From the NCBI RefSeq assembly GCF_006345805.1, contig NC_043016.1, positions 27,652,001 through 27,716,000 on the forward strand: a DNA stretch of 64,000 nucleotides, given 5' to 3'. The DNA comes from Octopus sinensis (lineage: Eukaryota). The notes under the pieces were generated by a model, which saw only the letters and a list, made by a program, of their open reading frames with translations, had not been told where the DNA came from and made no database searches. Shown here piece after piece: positions 12,037-25,501 of the stretch; within the stretch, counting starts at the first letter, position 1, and each line of letters starts with the position of its first letter. The position numbers and the translations under genes were made by a program.

Positions 12037-13204
12037 CACACAATGGTCTTTCGTTGTTTTAACCAATGCTATGGAGCACCACGTTCTGTGTGCGCGTGAT
12101 TTTTCCCATCAGAGAAGTTGTGGTTTAAGCTCTAATTTTAGCCCCGATCAAGATCAAAGACATTCCACTAAGAATCAAATTAACTAATGTGCCCTTCTAA
12201 GGCTGCTTTGAACGTACAATTAAAGACAGTTCGATTGGTATTTCTAGCAAACCAAACAATCACTTAGAGGCTGTCTCATTGGTTATTTTAAAACATGTTT
12301 TGCGTAAAAACATGACATACATAATAGACACGTGTGTATTATAGTGATGTTGATTATATCAACAATATGGCTGAAGGGAAGTACTTCAGTGGAGCTGTGT
12401 ACATTGTAAATACTTATACTGCAGATACACTGAATTGAAAAAAACTTCGATTAACTAATATCATCCATACAATTATCAGAGAAGATATTAAAAGCTAGTG
12501 TATAGGAGCAAGGAAGGTAACTCCAATAAGATTAGTTGATCGAAAAGCTGTTCAATGTAGACATTAGTATGTGGTGGATAAACATAACTGGTCCTTTCAT
12601 CTCACTCATACATGTAGTAATGATTTGGATGCTTTTTGCACCTAAAATTATCAATGTACACATACAAACTGAACACAAACTATCATATATGCAATATGAT
12701 TGTCAGGTGTTTTTATACACAAAACGGTGTTTAAATGCCGCCTTGTCTAACACACAAACGTACTAATATATTATAGTATTCAACTTTCGATTGCTAGTTT
12801 CTGTTTTGTAAGTATGCTAAAATGCGCAGATGATATTGCAACTCTTTTCGTATAGCGCAGCTTCCCCGTTTGCTCTCTCCCTCCCTCTCTCTCTTTCTCA
12901 TTAAACCATGATATCACCCACCTATTGATGGATGATAGCCTATAATCACGAAGTCGCGCAAATCGCTTACTGCGGGTTGAATGAATGAAATATATATATA
13001 TAATATAATTTCAGTTTCAAAGGCCACAGATGTTTAATATGCTCTATTAATTTGTCCTTTTTACATTTCATTTGGTCAGTTATGCAGAATTGATCTCTTT
13101 ATTCTAATCTTTTTGCGGTAAAAACGAAAAGTTTCTATGTAGTAAATTTTGATAGCTGACTGTGATCGTGGTAAGGAGTGGGGGGGGGGAAATAATGTGC
13201 TCAG

Positions 13205-13236
13205 TTCACGTGAGTCATCAAATGAGTGCACGTGCA
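13205..13236. promoter_or_regulatory. Twin E-box with overlapping AP-1 site
   Basis: CACGTG at 13207-13212 and 13229-13234; TGAGTCA at 13211-13217; unique sequence. Confidence 0.4.
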
Positions 13237-14046
13237 AAGTGCACCGATAGTAGTATGGTGTTTTACTATAGAAGATATACATTGACAAATAATTGATTTT
13301 TTTTCTTTTTCCTTTTATTTTTATTATGCTGACTAAACGTTTTGATGTATTGGGATTTTTTAAATGCTCATTTAAAGCGATGTATAACTTTCAAACCCCA
13401 AGTCATCTATGTTGCAGCACACCTTGCAGGCAAAGGCGTTCCATCCGTGACCTACCTCGCCCCTTTTTTTAAAAATTCATTTATTGTACCTATGTATGAC
13501 TTGATGCACTTTAAGACAGCAGAATGTTGTTTGTAGAATAGATGGCAGGTCGTAGTTTTAATAGAAGGTAACACTAGTAGTAGCGTGAACGCACAACTTT
13601 AAGATGATATACACGGCCAAAAACTAGACACGACAGCCAAATCTCCCTCACATTATACAATTTTCTAAAAGGGTAACAAGCAGCTAGCCCAAAACACTAT
13701 ATATATATATATATATCGTATACGTGGTTATGTATATTGTGTATATAGACATTCTACTTGTAAATGTCTTCATTCGCTATATGCATACATGTGTATACTG
13801 TGCATAAACATGTGACGTGCATGTATTGGTGGCATAGATATTTTGTACTATAAATATATGCAAAAATAATACATACATAGATGTGTAGGCACACGCACTC
13901 TTCGTAGGATTAGATATACACAAAAACATCGCAGTTTACTGAGTAAGACGTTTGGTTCGATAAATGGAAGAGAGAACTCACTACACAAATTGTACGTGCG
14001 TATATATATATGTATTATAATATACAAGTATATGTAGTGTATGTAT

Positions 14047-14048
<2 letters not shown>

Positions 14049-14094
<46 letters not shown>

Positions 14095-14143
14095 AGTGTG
14101 TATATATATATATATACAAGTGTGTATATATATATATATACAA

Positions 14144-14188
<45 letters not shown>

Positions 14189-14306
14189 AGTGTGTGTATA
14201 TATATATATATATATATACAAGTGTGTGTATATATATATATATATATACATACAAGTGTGTGTATATATTATACATACAAGTGTGTGTATATATATATAT
14301 ATACAA

Positions 14307-14342
<36 letters not shown>

Positions 14343-14373
14343 TACAAGTGTGTGTATATATATATACATACAA

Positions 14374-14412
<39 letters not shown>

Positions 14413-14427
14413 AGTGTGTATATATAT
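14049..14427. repeat. Compound minisatellite [(TA)n CAAGTGTG] x11
   Basis: Eleven CAAGTGTG cores separated by variable (TA)n runs. Confidence 0.95.
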
Positions 14428-14436
14428 GTATGTGTC

Positions 14437-14805
14437 TGTGTGGTAAGAAGCTTGCTTCCAGGTTCAGTTCCACTGCCTGGTACCTTCGGCAAGTATCTCC
14501 TACTATAGCCTCGGGCCCACCAAAGCCTCACCAAAGCCTTGTGAGTGGGTTTGGTAGACGGAAACTGAAAGAAGCCTGTCGTATGTATATGTGTGTATAT
14601 ATTTGTGCTGTCGGTGTTTGTCCCACCACCATCGCTTCACACCGATGTTGGTGTGTTTGCGTCCCTATAACGTAGCAGTTCGGCAAAAGGGAACGATAGA
14701 ACACGTATTAGACTTACAAAGAATAAATCCTGGGTCCAATTTGTTCGACTAAAAGTGGTGCTCCAGCATGGCTGCAGTCAAATGACTGAAACAAGCAAAA
14801 GAATA
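14437..14805 (+). mobile_element. SINE family B, near full length
   Basis: GTGTGGTAAGAAGCTTGCTTCC head, ACCTTCGGCAAGT CORE-like segment and tail GCAGTCAAATGACTGAAACAAG. Confidence 0.9.
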
Positions 14806-14823
14806 ATACATAAGTGTATATAT

Positions 14824-14855
<32 letters not shown>

Positions 14856-14986
14856 GGCGTTAGGAAGGGCATCCAGCCGTAGAAACATTGCCAGATCAGA
14901 CTGGGCCTGGTGCAGCTTCTGGCTTCCCAGACCCCAGTTGAACCGTCCAACCCATGCTAGCATGGAAAGCGGACGTTAAATGATGA
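14856..14986 (+). mobile_element. RTE-LINE-type 3' tail fragment
   Basis: GGCGTTAGGAAGGGCATCCAGC...GGACGTTAAATGATGAT; same tail as 37662-38124. Confidence 0.7.
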
Positions 14987-17265
14987 TATATATATATATA
15001 GATATATATATTAATACTCAAATAGAGAAAAAAAAATTTAAAATACGATAAAACATTTACCTAGAACTAAAGATATACTATAAATATATACTAGTATATA
15101 TATATATACATATTTATTTCCTGATTGATTGTCTTACACATTCCTTGATTATCAGCGTAATTATAGGTAATAAGTGTTACTCTCAGTTCTTGATACAGTC
15201 GTAAATTCCATATCTACTCTGATGTGAAAGATGCTGATTAGTTACTGTATGTATATGAGCTTTTAATAAGGATCTTACAGGGTGTTCCTTTTTTTACAGG
15301 GATCTTGCCCCAAGTTCCATTATCGTGTGGCGTGTCTACACTCTCATATATTACTAGTGTTTTATCCTCTTTATTCTAAATGATTACTCTGTTGTCAATT
15401 ACTCAAATATCTGTCATGTAAAAACGTTAAGTATACTCCAATCTCACAGATATACACACATTCGTGTATAAACCATCAGCATATTTACAACCATTCGATA
15501 CAGACCTACACATTTCGCGCACAGCTGCTTTCTTGCTCGTCTAAGAGACTACGGTATTGATAGTTGTCATTCAATAAAAAGGATATCAGTTAGCCGCCTA
15601 TCATGTATTATTGTTTATTCTACCGAATCATTTTCTTGTGTTCCATCTTTAACATGTGTGAATGACTTATTCAGTCAATTTACATGGGTATTTTGTTTTA
15701 TGGTATCCATCTTGATATTTATCTTTTTTTTTCAAGTTTTCACTTTCTATTTTGGTAAAATATTAATTGTTCTAATCAGTTTTAAATTGGCAAACTCACT
15801 ACTTTGGTTGGGGGTACAGTCGATTCAACTGAGGTCAATAACATTGCGTGTAAAGTCGAACCTCTCGTAATAGAAGTGAAACTAGTTTTTTTATTGAAGG
15901 GCGTCCCTTTATGTTACTTTTATCGTAGTGAACCCAATCCTATATCAACAGGAATATTTCTTCAGTGAGAGTGCAGCACTAGATTTCCGTCTTTAAAGTG
16001 ACCTTCTGTGAATTGAGTTTATCTTCTACCAACTGTAGTAATCTTTGCTTGTTTAACCTGAACTTAGTCCTAATTCATCGTATGTAATCAGACAAGAGGG
16101 ATAGTTGGCTGTTGTTTCTTGGAGATCAAGCGACTACCTGCTTTTGTTAAATTACTCGAAATATTTTTCATTGCCTTAATTTCAGTGAAATATTTTTTCA
16201 TTACTGGTTTATATTGATAAATACAAGATGTTTAGTCTTAAAAGGAGTACCTGTTATTTCAAATTTAGGAAAAGAAATCCATTTGTTCAGACCTTTTTAT
16301 CTTTTTCCTAAAATTATAAATCACTTTCAGATCTGGCAAACACTTGACTTCATTCCCCATCTTATCTTCTAAAGCTTGCAGTTTTGATTTTACTCCTTAT
16401 GTGATATGAAAATTTAGATTTAAATACTTCAATCATTAAATATAATGCCTTTTTCCTCTTGAAATATAGTGTTTTTATTTTGTTCAAGAATTTGGAAAGA
16501 ATATAAAAAGTATATATTGAGTGACATTTGAGTTGAGAAACTTCGTGCTTGAAGAAAATCTAAATGAATTCAGGTGTGTATGTAATTTAGTCCATGTAGC
16601 CTAGTAGACGTATGTCTAATAATCTGTCAGTCACAAATTTGTTATTGCAGTGATAAGCTAGGTAACCTCCCCTGTCAAGTGCCTAAGACTACTTCAATTC
16701 GATCTAACGTGAATTTTTCTCATACATTAATTTCGGTTTCTTTTTATACTAGTCATCAATGTAATGTGTTTATCAGATATAAAATTACTTTCGTGTATAG
16801 TTTTTTTTTTCTTTTGCTTGCTTGCTTGTTTTTTTCGTACCTTCAATATTTCAAAACGACTTTTGCTACAAGTTAAGGGAGATAATTTGAACGTGACACC
16901 CTAAATTCCATGTTTTAAGAGGCCAAGAAAAATTTTAGTGATAGCATGTTTTGTCATTTGTCCCATATTGTTTCCGTTGGTTCTCAGAATTAATGTGGAT
17001 ATATATATGTAAATAGGTATAGACACCTAGTTGTATATAGATGGGGGGATACATTTGCGCAGTTAGGTATAGCTAGAGGTGTGTGTGCGCGCGCGTTCAT
17101 ATACATGTATGTATATATTAACTTTCCATTCTGTCCCTTACTTTCTCATTGACTCCTGACAACCCCTTTGCTCGTTCAGTACCATACCTCCTTCTCAATA
17201 GCGTCTAGCCTGTCACTATCCACTAACACCCACTCACAACTATAGATCTTTTTCTCTAATTTTTT

Positions 17266-17309
<44 letters not shown>

Positions 17310-18586
17310 TTCCAGTTTAGTTTTTTGGAGCGCTTGATGTACTTAGCCTTCCAATTTTCAAAGTGACCTCACTGGTGCTGATGTCACACAAAAAAAGAAA
17401 CACATTGTTTACATTAGGAAAGAGGGCATTCGAGTGTGGTGCTCCATCTCATTGCATCTTTTCAAAGTGTTCAAACAATGCTAGCATGGAAAATTGGTGT
17501 TGAATAATGAAGTACATATGTATATATCATCGTTTTTGCATCCACTTAACGTGCCTATACAGGTTGAACAAGACTACATTGGAGAACAGTTTCTACAACT
17601 GGATACTCTTCCTGAAGCCACCCTTCATGTATTTCTAAGAAATAATTCCCTTGTCTGTCAAACTACAACAGCCCAGACTTGACTACATAAGAGAACTGGA
17701 GGTTATCAGTTTGAACAAGCCTTTTGTTTCCAACCCTGGTGCAACATATTCCAGATGTGCATTCACATAAAAAATGTATAAGAATTAGTGTGTGTGTGTG
17801 TGTGTGTGTGTGCGTGTGTGTGTGTGCGTGTGTGTGCATATAGCATAAGCCTACCAACCACATGGTTTCAACTTCAGCACTTGGCCAAGTGTCTTCTATA
17901 GCCTCAGGTCAAGAAAAGATTGAATGAATTTGGATGAAAAGCAAAAGAGGGCCCTTGTGTGCTTGTCTACTTGTCTTAACATCACACAGTAGTTGAAAAT
18001 GAGTTTCACCATCATGGTGCAATGTCCCTCATTTCTAGCCTTCTCCAAAAATATAAAAAATGTCCAATCAAAAAGTTGTATTAGCTTGGTTGAAAACAAT
18101 TTAGAGTTGGTAAGTAACAGGAAGACCATATACTCAAGTAAGTGTGGAAAAGTAGATTATTAAACAATGTAACTGGATTTATGTGTGTGTGTAATTGTAT
18201 GTATATATGTGTATCTGTATCAGTGTGTACTACAGCAAGTGCATTCATGTATATATGCATCTGTGTATGCTTATGTATTTGTATATGTATGTATATACAT
18301 ATGTGACATTAAGATTGAAATTGTTCAAAATAACAATGCAAATTTATATCAACTAAAGACTACAGTTTGCACTTTGTCTAATATTTTAATATTTCAGGGT
18401 TAATACCCTTTTAATCATAAGAAAATGAAGGGTGGTGACCTTTGTGACATCCACACAAAATAACCATATTTCCACTTAGCACAAAAAATTCCACCAAGTC
18501 AGGTTAAAAATTTGCCATTTAATCATTTCACTACCATATTTCTTTTGAAATACACTGACTTTCTTTTATTCTTTCAAATAATGCAA

Positions 18587-18925
18587 GTAGCTTGTTTATC
18601 AACTACATGGTTCTGGGTTTAGTCCCACTGTGTGGTACCTTGGACAGGTATCTTTTACTAAAGCCTCGGATTGACCAAAGCCTTGTGAGTGGATTTGGTA
18701 GAGAGAAATTGAAAGAAGCCCATTGTATATATGTGTGTGTGTCTGTGTTTGTCTCCCCAACATCGCTTGACAACTGATGTTGGTGCGTTTACATCCCCGT
18801 AACTTAGCGGTACAGCAAAAGAGACCGGTTGAATAAGTACTAGACTTACAAAGATTAAGTCCTGGGGTCAGTTTGCTCAACTAAAGTCGGTGCTGCAGCA
18901 TGACTGAAACAAGTAAAAGAATTAA
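18587..18925 (+). mobile_element. SINE family B, decayed
   Basis: Aligns with the copy at 60079 through head, body and tail, with CpG decay. Confidence 0.85.
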
Positions 18926-20032
18926 AATAGTATTTGGAACATTAACATAAAAATTTGATAGGTTTTTTTCATTTAGATCACTTTAAGATAGGAAGTTTGT
19001 ATCAGAGAACCAAAAGAAGTCTCAGACAGCTTGGTATCAAAAGGGAATTGCTACTTGTATCTTAGTTGATGTATTTGACTAGACAAGCTTTTCTATCAGG
19101 CCTACCTGGTGTGTAGTATTGCTAAAATCTCAGCTGGACTATTACAATACTTATCAAAAGTCTAATGAACCCAACGTAAGGTCAGTCAGTAATTTGCTAA
19201 TACTCTGAAAATTTGGGTCAGTATCCAGCCTACTGAGTTTCAAAAACATGTTCCTTGGAACCAGGGAAACAGCCTGGGCTCAAGGCAGCCAGACTAGAAC
19301 AACTCTGAGGTCACCTGTGCATGCTTCCAAAAATTAATCCTTTAGCATTCAGATTACTCAGTCAAAAGTAATGCTTATCTATTCACAATATTTTGAATTA
19401 ATCATGAATTATCTCATAGTTTTGAGATTTCAGTGATGCAATTATTTTTAGATTAACATTGTAGGATAGGCTTGAGAGGCTGGATAAGGCCAGTTTAAGT
19501 GTTGAAAGGCTAAGGGAGTCGGCATCAGTCAGTAAATCAGATCAGAAGAGAATTCGGTGGAGCTCACGGATATCAGTCATCTTGAAGAGAGAATGATGAT
19601 GTAGTGAATGGACCCCAAACTGAGATGCTGGCAGGATCACTCTCCACAATATGGCTGGAGTATGAATGGTGGTTCTTTGAGGTTCCTCTCTGTAGAAAAT
19701 GCTGAAACATCTGGTCATGTTGTAAGGAAACAAATAGAATATTGTGTGTGTGTGATATATAGGCATGTCTTGAGTTTTAAAGTAAATTCAGAGACCTTAG
19801 TATACAGCTTCTTTTTCCCTTCCTATAGCCACATTTACAATGAAGAGCCTTACATGATGTTTGAATTATATCCATGGTGAAAAATTTATTAGAAATATTC
19901 CTCCTTCATAGAACTGATGTTTAGATACAAGAAAAAGATGTTTGATAATCTTGATTAGCAAAAACTTTGAATCCTATAACATTTAAGAATAAAATATTTT
20001 AAACTAAATAATTCCTTTGCCAAATTCTTTTG

Positions 20033-20445
20033 TTGTGTGTTAAGTTTTCATCTCAATCACATGATTCCAGGTTCAGTCCCTCTGCATGGCACCTTGGGCA
20101 AGGATCTTCTGCTATAGCCCTAGGCTAACTAAAGCATTATGAGTGGATTTGATAAGCAGAAGCTGAAAGAAGCTTGTCACATGTGTGTATGTGTCAATAT
20201 TGCTGTCTCCTTGCCTTGACATTGTTTGATAGTTGTAAACGAATGTCACCATCATATAAGTGGTGTCTTTCATTTCCAGTTTTCCATGAAATCATGTCTG
20301 GTCATGGAAAAATATTAGCTTATTTGGAAACAGCTGAGGCACAGTGGTAGGAAAGGCATCTAACAGTAAAAAAAAAAAATTTGTGTGCAGAAATTACATC
20401 TACCCACACCAGCATGGAAAAGTGAATGTTGAGGTGATGATGATT
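20033..20445 (+). mobile_element. SINE family C (family B head with RTE-like tail)
   Basis: GGCACCTTGGGCAAG head region; tail GGTAGGAAAGGCATC...CCAGCATGGAAAAGTG...GATGATG. Confidence 0.75.
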
Positions 20446-22191
20446 TTATGTTCCCCATACTTTAGTTTGTATTTTCTGAGACCAATATTTTAAACAATAT
20501 TTCTTTCATATTTATCCTTCATCTTTGCTATTCAGTCGACACTGAATTTTCCTTTCTTTTTTATTTCTAGTGTGGTATGGGTGTAAATTTGGACATTTTC
20601 TATGCCGTGTTAATACACCTAAATGATGCTTTGATAGTGATATAAAATGAGAGTGTGAAGTTAAAAAGTAATAGAAGCTTTCTTACACAGTGTAACCTTG
20701 AAGACAGATGCATTGGTCAGTAAAACCTATTTTTTATTACAAGAAAGCTAATGGTTTGTTTCTTGAATTTGAGGCTTTCATTTTATTTGGTTTAAATATT
20801 TTCATTTTCATAAAACATTGGGTAACTATGCAACTGTTAGACTTGCTTTAAAGCTTTCTTGATCCAGTAGCATGATGCAATTGTATATGAATACACAATC
20901 ATATTGTTAGTAACCCAATGCATTACACTGTCATTTTCTATCAGCTGTTAACTAAAAGTAGTAAACCAATAGACGAATAAATTATATTTAGTCATCTAAT
21001 GTTTTGACAGGTTTATTTAGAGGATCAGACAAAATGTTTAGGTATCTATTTTTTTGTCCTTTGTTCTGAGTGCAAATTCTTCCTAAGATCAAATTTATTT
21101 TCTATCTTCCTGGAGAGATCAATAAAATATATCAGTTATGTACTGAGATCGATTCGGCAAAAACTTTCTCTCAGAATGTGTGGCCTTGTATATTAGAAGT
21201 GGACATTATTTAATACAGCAGGTACTTTTATTTTATTGAAGTGATGTTAAAATGTATTAATAGTTTATCCTTTCAACAAGGTATTAATATGCAAGTGAAA
21301 TTAAGGAATTTGTAACAACTTTTGAATTTGAAGGAAAAAGAAATGTTATATATTATACTAATTACCTAAGCATTACATTTTAGTATAAAATAAAATAAAA
21401 TAAAACCTTACCAAGGCCCATCCTAAATAATTCAGCCTACTTCATACACTTACATTTTTTTTTAAGTAGGGAGCAATTATTTACAAAATAGCAACTTCTC
21501 TTACGTTAGCAGTGAATATTTTGGGAAGCCAAGCCTTTGTTTATTTGCAGTTACATTTAGAGGAGTCTATTATTTGCTATTACATTTAGAAGAGTCTATT
21601 ATAACTCTAACCATCATATGCAAAATTAATAGGGGTTAAAAGTGAGAATCTGAAATCAGTTTAAAACATATACATATGAAGGTTATATAAATTAGGTATA
21701 TATTGCTTTATTTGGTTTTGAGATTGGAGTCTTTAGCCATTGCACAATTTAGATATATAATGCTCATTTTCTATGCTATGACTTGATGACGTTACAATAT
21801 GATAGCAGGTTTAAGGGCCACATTTTTTTTTTATAAATTTCATTTTTGGCTACAATTTTATGGTTTTGTGTCTTACTCTATCACCAACTACTACAAAGTG
21901 TACTGGATGTACTTTACTGTAGTACCAAAACAGGTTTCCATTCCCTTGATTAGACTGTGTTCCTCTTGAATCTATATCTTATTCTGACTGCGATCTCTCA
22001 GCATTGTTAAGAGCATCGGAAAAGATGCTTTGCAGTATTTGTTTTAACTCTTTACATTCTGAATTCAAATCCTGCTATGATCAGCTTCCCGCTTAATTTT
22101 TCTGAGGTCAGTAAAATGAAGTACCAGTCAAGCGCTGGTATTAATGGTATTCACTAACTATTCACACTCGAAATTGCTGGCATTGTGCCTA

Positions 22192-22663
22192 CCGTAAATC
22201 CTCAAGTATAATCCGCATTTTTTCACCAAAATTTAAGGGTCAAAATCCCTTGTGTGTACTATATATGAGGTTAAAAATGAAAAATATTTCCTAAGCAATG
22301 TCGAGTTTCTATTTGCTGTCTGGCAATGTTTATTCAGATGCATTTTGTTATGTCAGGCACGAAAATACCTTAAATCATCCATAACTTGCAGTATTTATTA
22401 AACATTATTACTGTTATTTCTTTATTTTCTGCAAACAAAATGCACAAAAAAGCTACACATTTGCATTATGTTATATATACAATAATAATAAAAGACATTA
22501 CCATATACATTTTTACAAACTAAGGACGTTATAGAGGCCTCCCTGACTCAAGTTAGAGAAGGGGTATGTATTATACACAAGGTTTAGAATTTTCAGAGGT
22601 ACAGTCCCCTAAAAATCCCCTGCTTATTATACTCAAGGGCAGACTATACTCGAGGACTTACGG
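22192..22663. mobile_element. pogo/Tc2-like MITE (472 bp)
   Basis: TIRs CCGTAAATCCTCAAGTATAATCCGC and GCAGACTATACTCGAGGACTTACGG; TA on both sides (22190-22191, 22664-22665). Confidence 0.85.
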
Positions 22664-23095
22664 TATGTCAGAAACTTGTTGCTTCTGTGAGAACCATTCT
22701 AACCATATTTCAACTGTGGAATGTTGAAATTTTTTTTTTAAATGTATTAACATTCAAGGCAGACACTGCCTGATTATATTCTTGTAGTGGTTCTCTGTAT
22801 TAGGAAGAGTAAATTCTGTTGTTTGCTTATATGTAATTGGAATGTCACAGACCTGTGGGAACATCCCACTTTTGGCTGGAGGAATTTGCAGGAAGGAAGT
22901 CTAGGTGAAATTGGGATTGCAACAAGGTTGTTGGTTCAGTACTCACACCATCATTAACTCTTCTAATACCAACCTGTTTGTATCATAGAGCCAGAGCTAT
23001 GAAGCATGTTTTTATTTTAAAGTGACCTAAATTAAAATCTCCCATCAGAATTTCATGTTAATGCTCCAAATTTAAATAAAGAGCTATTTTATTAA

Positions 23096-23310
23096 CCCTT
23101 TTGTTACTGTATTTATTTTGAGATGTTCTGTGTTTCTTTCAATTACTTTTTAATATAACAAAATATTTAGTAAAATGACTGAGTTATCATTCAGCTAGAA
23201 TTAGAAACATAAATTGTGACTAAGGTTTGGTGGAAGATTTTAATTCAAAACTTATGAAAACAAGACATGTGTACTCAGAGCCAGTTTCAGCTGGGTTGGT
23301 AACGAAAGGG
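23096..23310 (+). mobile_element. piggyBac-type MITE, family 1
   Basis: TTAA on both flanks; termini CCCTTTTGTTAC...GTAACGAAAGGG. Confidence 0.9.
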
Positions 23311-23504
23311 TTAAATACTTAATTATTTTTTAAAGTTAATTGAAACAATGGCTTTGTATTTTAACTGAAATATAACAAAAGGCTTAATCAATGCTTACAC
23401 CAACAATTTGTTCTAAATAATGTAACACTATTCCAATGATGGATACTTCTCTGACTAGCTTTCAATTCAACTTGAAAATTGATTTCTGGTAAGCTGCCAT
23501 TTAA

Positions 23505-23725
23505 CGCTTTCGTTAGCAACCTGGCTGAAACCAGCTCTGGCTCTGTAGTACAAATGTCTTGTTTTCATAAGTTTTGAATTAAAATCTTCCCCCAAACCTT
23601 AGTCACAATTTATGTTCCTAACACTAGCAGAATGATAGCTAAGTTAGCTTACTAAATTCTTTGTTATATTTAAAGTAATTGAAAGAAACGCAGAACATCT
23701 CAAAATAAATACAGTAACGAAAGGG
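23505..23725 (-). mobile_element. piggyBac-type MITE, family 1 (inverted relative to 23096)
   Basis: TTAA flanks; reverse complement of the 23096-23310 copy. Confidence 0.9.
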
Positions 23726-23970
23726 TTAAGCTGAAGAAGTTTTTAATGTAATTTTTAATAATATTCTTAAATGAAGTTATCACAGTATCAATTGGGTCAG
23801 TTACACACCACCAGTCACAATGCATTTCCAATTTTATCAAAAGGATTAATACTGAACTCTTATAATTTCATAAGAATCTTGGATATATGAAATAATTATT
23901 CAGTTTTAATCTTTTTGACACCAAATCACCATAACCTAATTAACTGTCTTAAAATTTTTTTAATGTTTAA

Positions 23971-24208
23971 CCTTTTAGCATATAAAGAAGCATTACATTT
24001 GATAGAGTAATCATCATCATGATTACTCTATCAAATGTAATGTTTTATTCACATTGTTTTGAATTAATCATACATTATCTCTTAGCTTTGAGATTTTAAT
24101 GATGCAATTGTTTTTAGAATGGCATTATAGGGTAGGTGTGAGAGGCCTGATTTGTCCAGTTTGAACATAAAATAGGAAGAATATTGACCAGCTTGTGGAT
24201 TTAAAGGG
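23971..24208 (+). mobile_element. piggyBac-type MITE, family 2, with internal inverted duplication
   Basis: TTAA-CCTTTTAGCAT...AAAGGG-TTAA; body shared with 25849, 26957, 53500 and 54943. Confidence 0.8.
23991..24042. repeat. Perfect 24-bp inverted repeat with 4-nt loop
   Basis: CATTACATTTGATAGAGTAATCAT-catc-ATGATTACTCTATCAAATGTAATG. Confidence 0.95.
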
Positions 24209-25274
24209 TTAAATTAAAACTGCCCATCATGATTTTATGTTTGTCTTCACGTTCCAAATACTGACTTATTGAAAAAGTGTGTCATTGTGCTAAGTTCTTC
24301 CAAATTTGAGTTACTTTAAAAAAAATTAATGCATATTGGAAGTTTGTTTAGAAATTTAGTTATAAGAGGATTGAATATAAAGATGTTAAAATGAAACGTT
24401 TTGGATTAGGATAATCTCAGATGGGTTGCTGTCAAAGGGGTTATAAGGGAAGCATTCTCTGAGGGAAACACTTTCTATTATGGTAAACCCTAAAAATAGT
24501 AACTCTTGACGAAGACCATTGAAAAATTTTAGAAGTAATAAAATTAGAATCAGGAATTTCCTGGTGAGAATATTGGTTTTTGAGAAGCTTCAGGGAATTT
24601 TATTTTTAATTTCTACTTTGACATTGCTATAGTCATTTTGTTGTACCTTAGGGACAAGGCACATAAATTCCACTACTCTGTCAATCAGGTCCAGTAATAA
24701 TTTACAGTGGAGGGTTGGGTAAGTTGCTTTGCTAAATATATATGAAGGTCTAAATTTGCAAAAAAAACTCCTCCAGCATGAAAATGCTTAAGAATTGTGG
24801 GGTTGAAGGGGAGGGGCACTTATTTTTATCTTTGCTTGTTCCAGCCATAGGATTGTTGCCATACTAGAGCACTGCTGTCAAGGGTTTAGTTGATTATATT
24901 AATTCCAGTCCTTTATTTCTGTCTTATTTTATCTATCTTATGTATCAAGTTATTAGATGTAAAGGAATACAACACAAATAGTAGATTAACACAAACATAC
25001 ACATTTACATATTTCAGACGCATGTATGCACACACACACAAACATTTCTGCATAGATTCTGCCTACCAAATTCTACCTAGAGTGTTTGATTAACCCAAGG
25101 TATCAAACTGTGTATCAATTTTATTTAAAGCTTCAGATTACAAATATGGAACTTAAACTAGCAACTTGTAACACAAATAGAAGTGGACCCATTTTTAAAA
25201 TTAATTAAATTTTAGCAAAAAAGATACTTTTTCCTAAGTTATAAATTAGAATGGGTTTAGTTTTAAATGCAAAA

Positions 25275-25422
25275 GTGACTGTGGCAATCAAGTTTGATTC
25301 CCTACCTCAGTCCTGTGTGACACCTTGGGCAATTATTTGATTATAAACTTTGTCCAACCAAAGCTTTTGAGTGTATTTGGTAGATGGACATTGAAAGAAA
25401 TCCATCATGTGTGTATATATAT

Positions 25423-25501
<79 letters not shown>

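Noticed and set aside
9874-12334. Additional CACGTG E-boxes (9874, 10737, 12329)
   Set aside because: Isolated, and mostly at CA/TG microsatellite junctions where the hexamer arises by chance.
14049-14427. Repeat-spacer periodicity resembling a CRISPR array
   Set aside because: The cores are 8 bp, the spacers are plain (TA)n, the context is eukaryotic and there are no cas genes.
13848-14675. Long ORFs (133-228 aa) on both strands
   Set aside because: Y/I/V/C/T repeats translated from the stop-free (TA)n-CAAGTGTG minisatellite.
16640-16670. Possible 11-nt microexon (TTGCAG/TGATAAGCTAG/GTAAC)
   Set aside because: Weak polypyrimidine tract; cannot be supported without transcript data.
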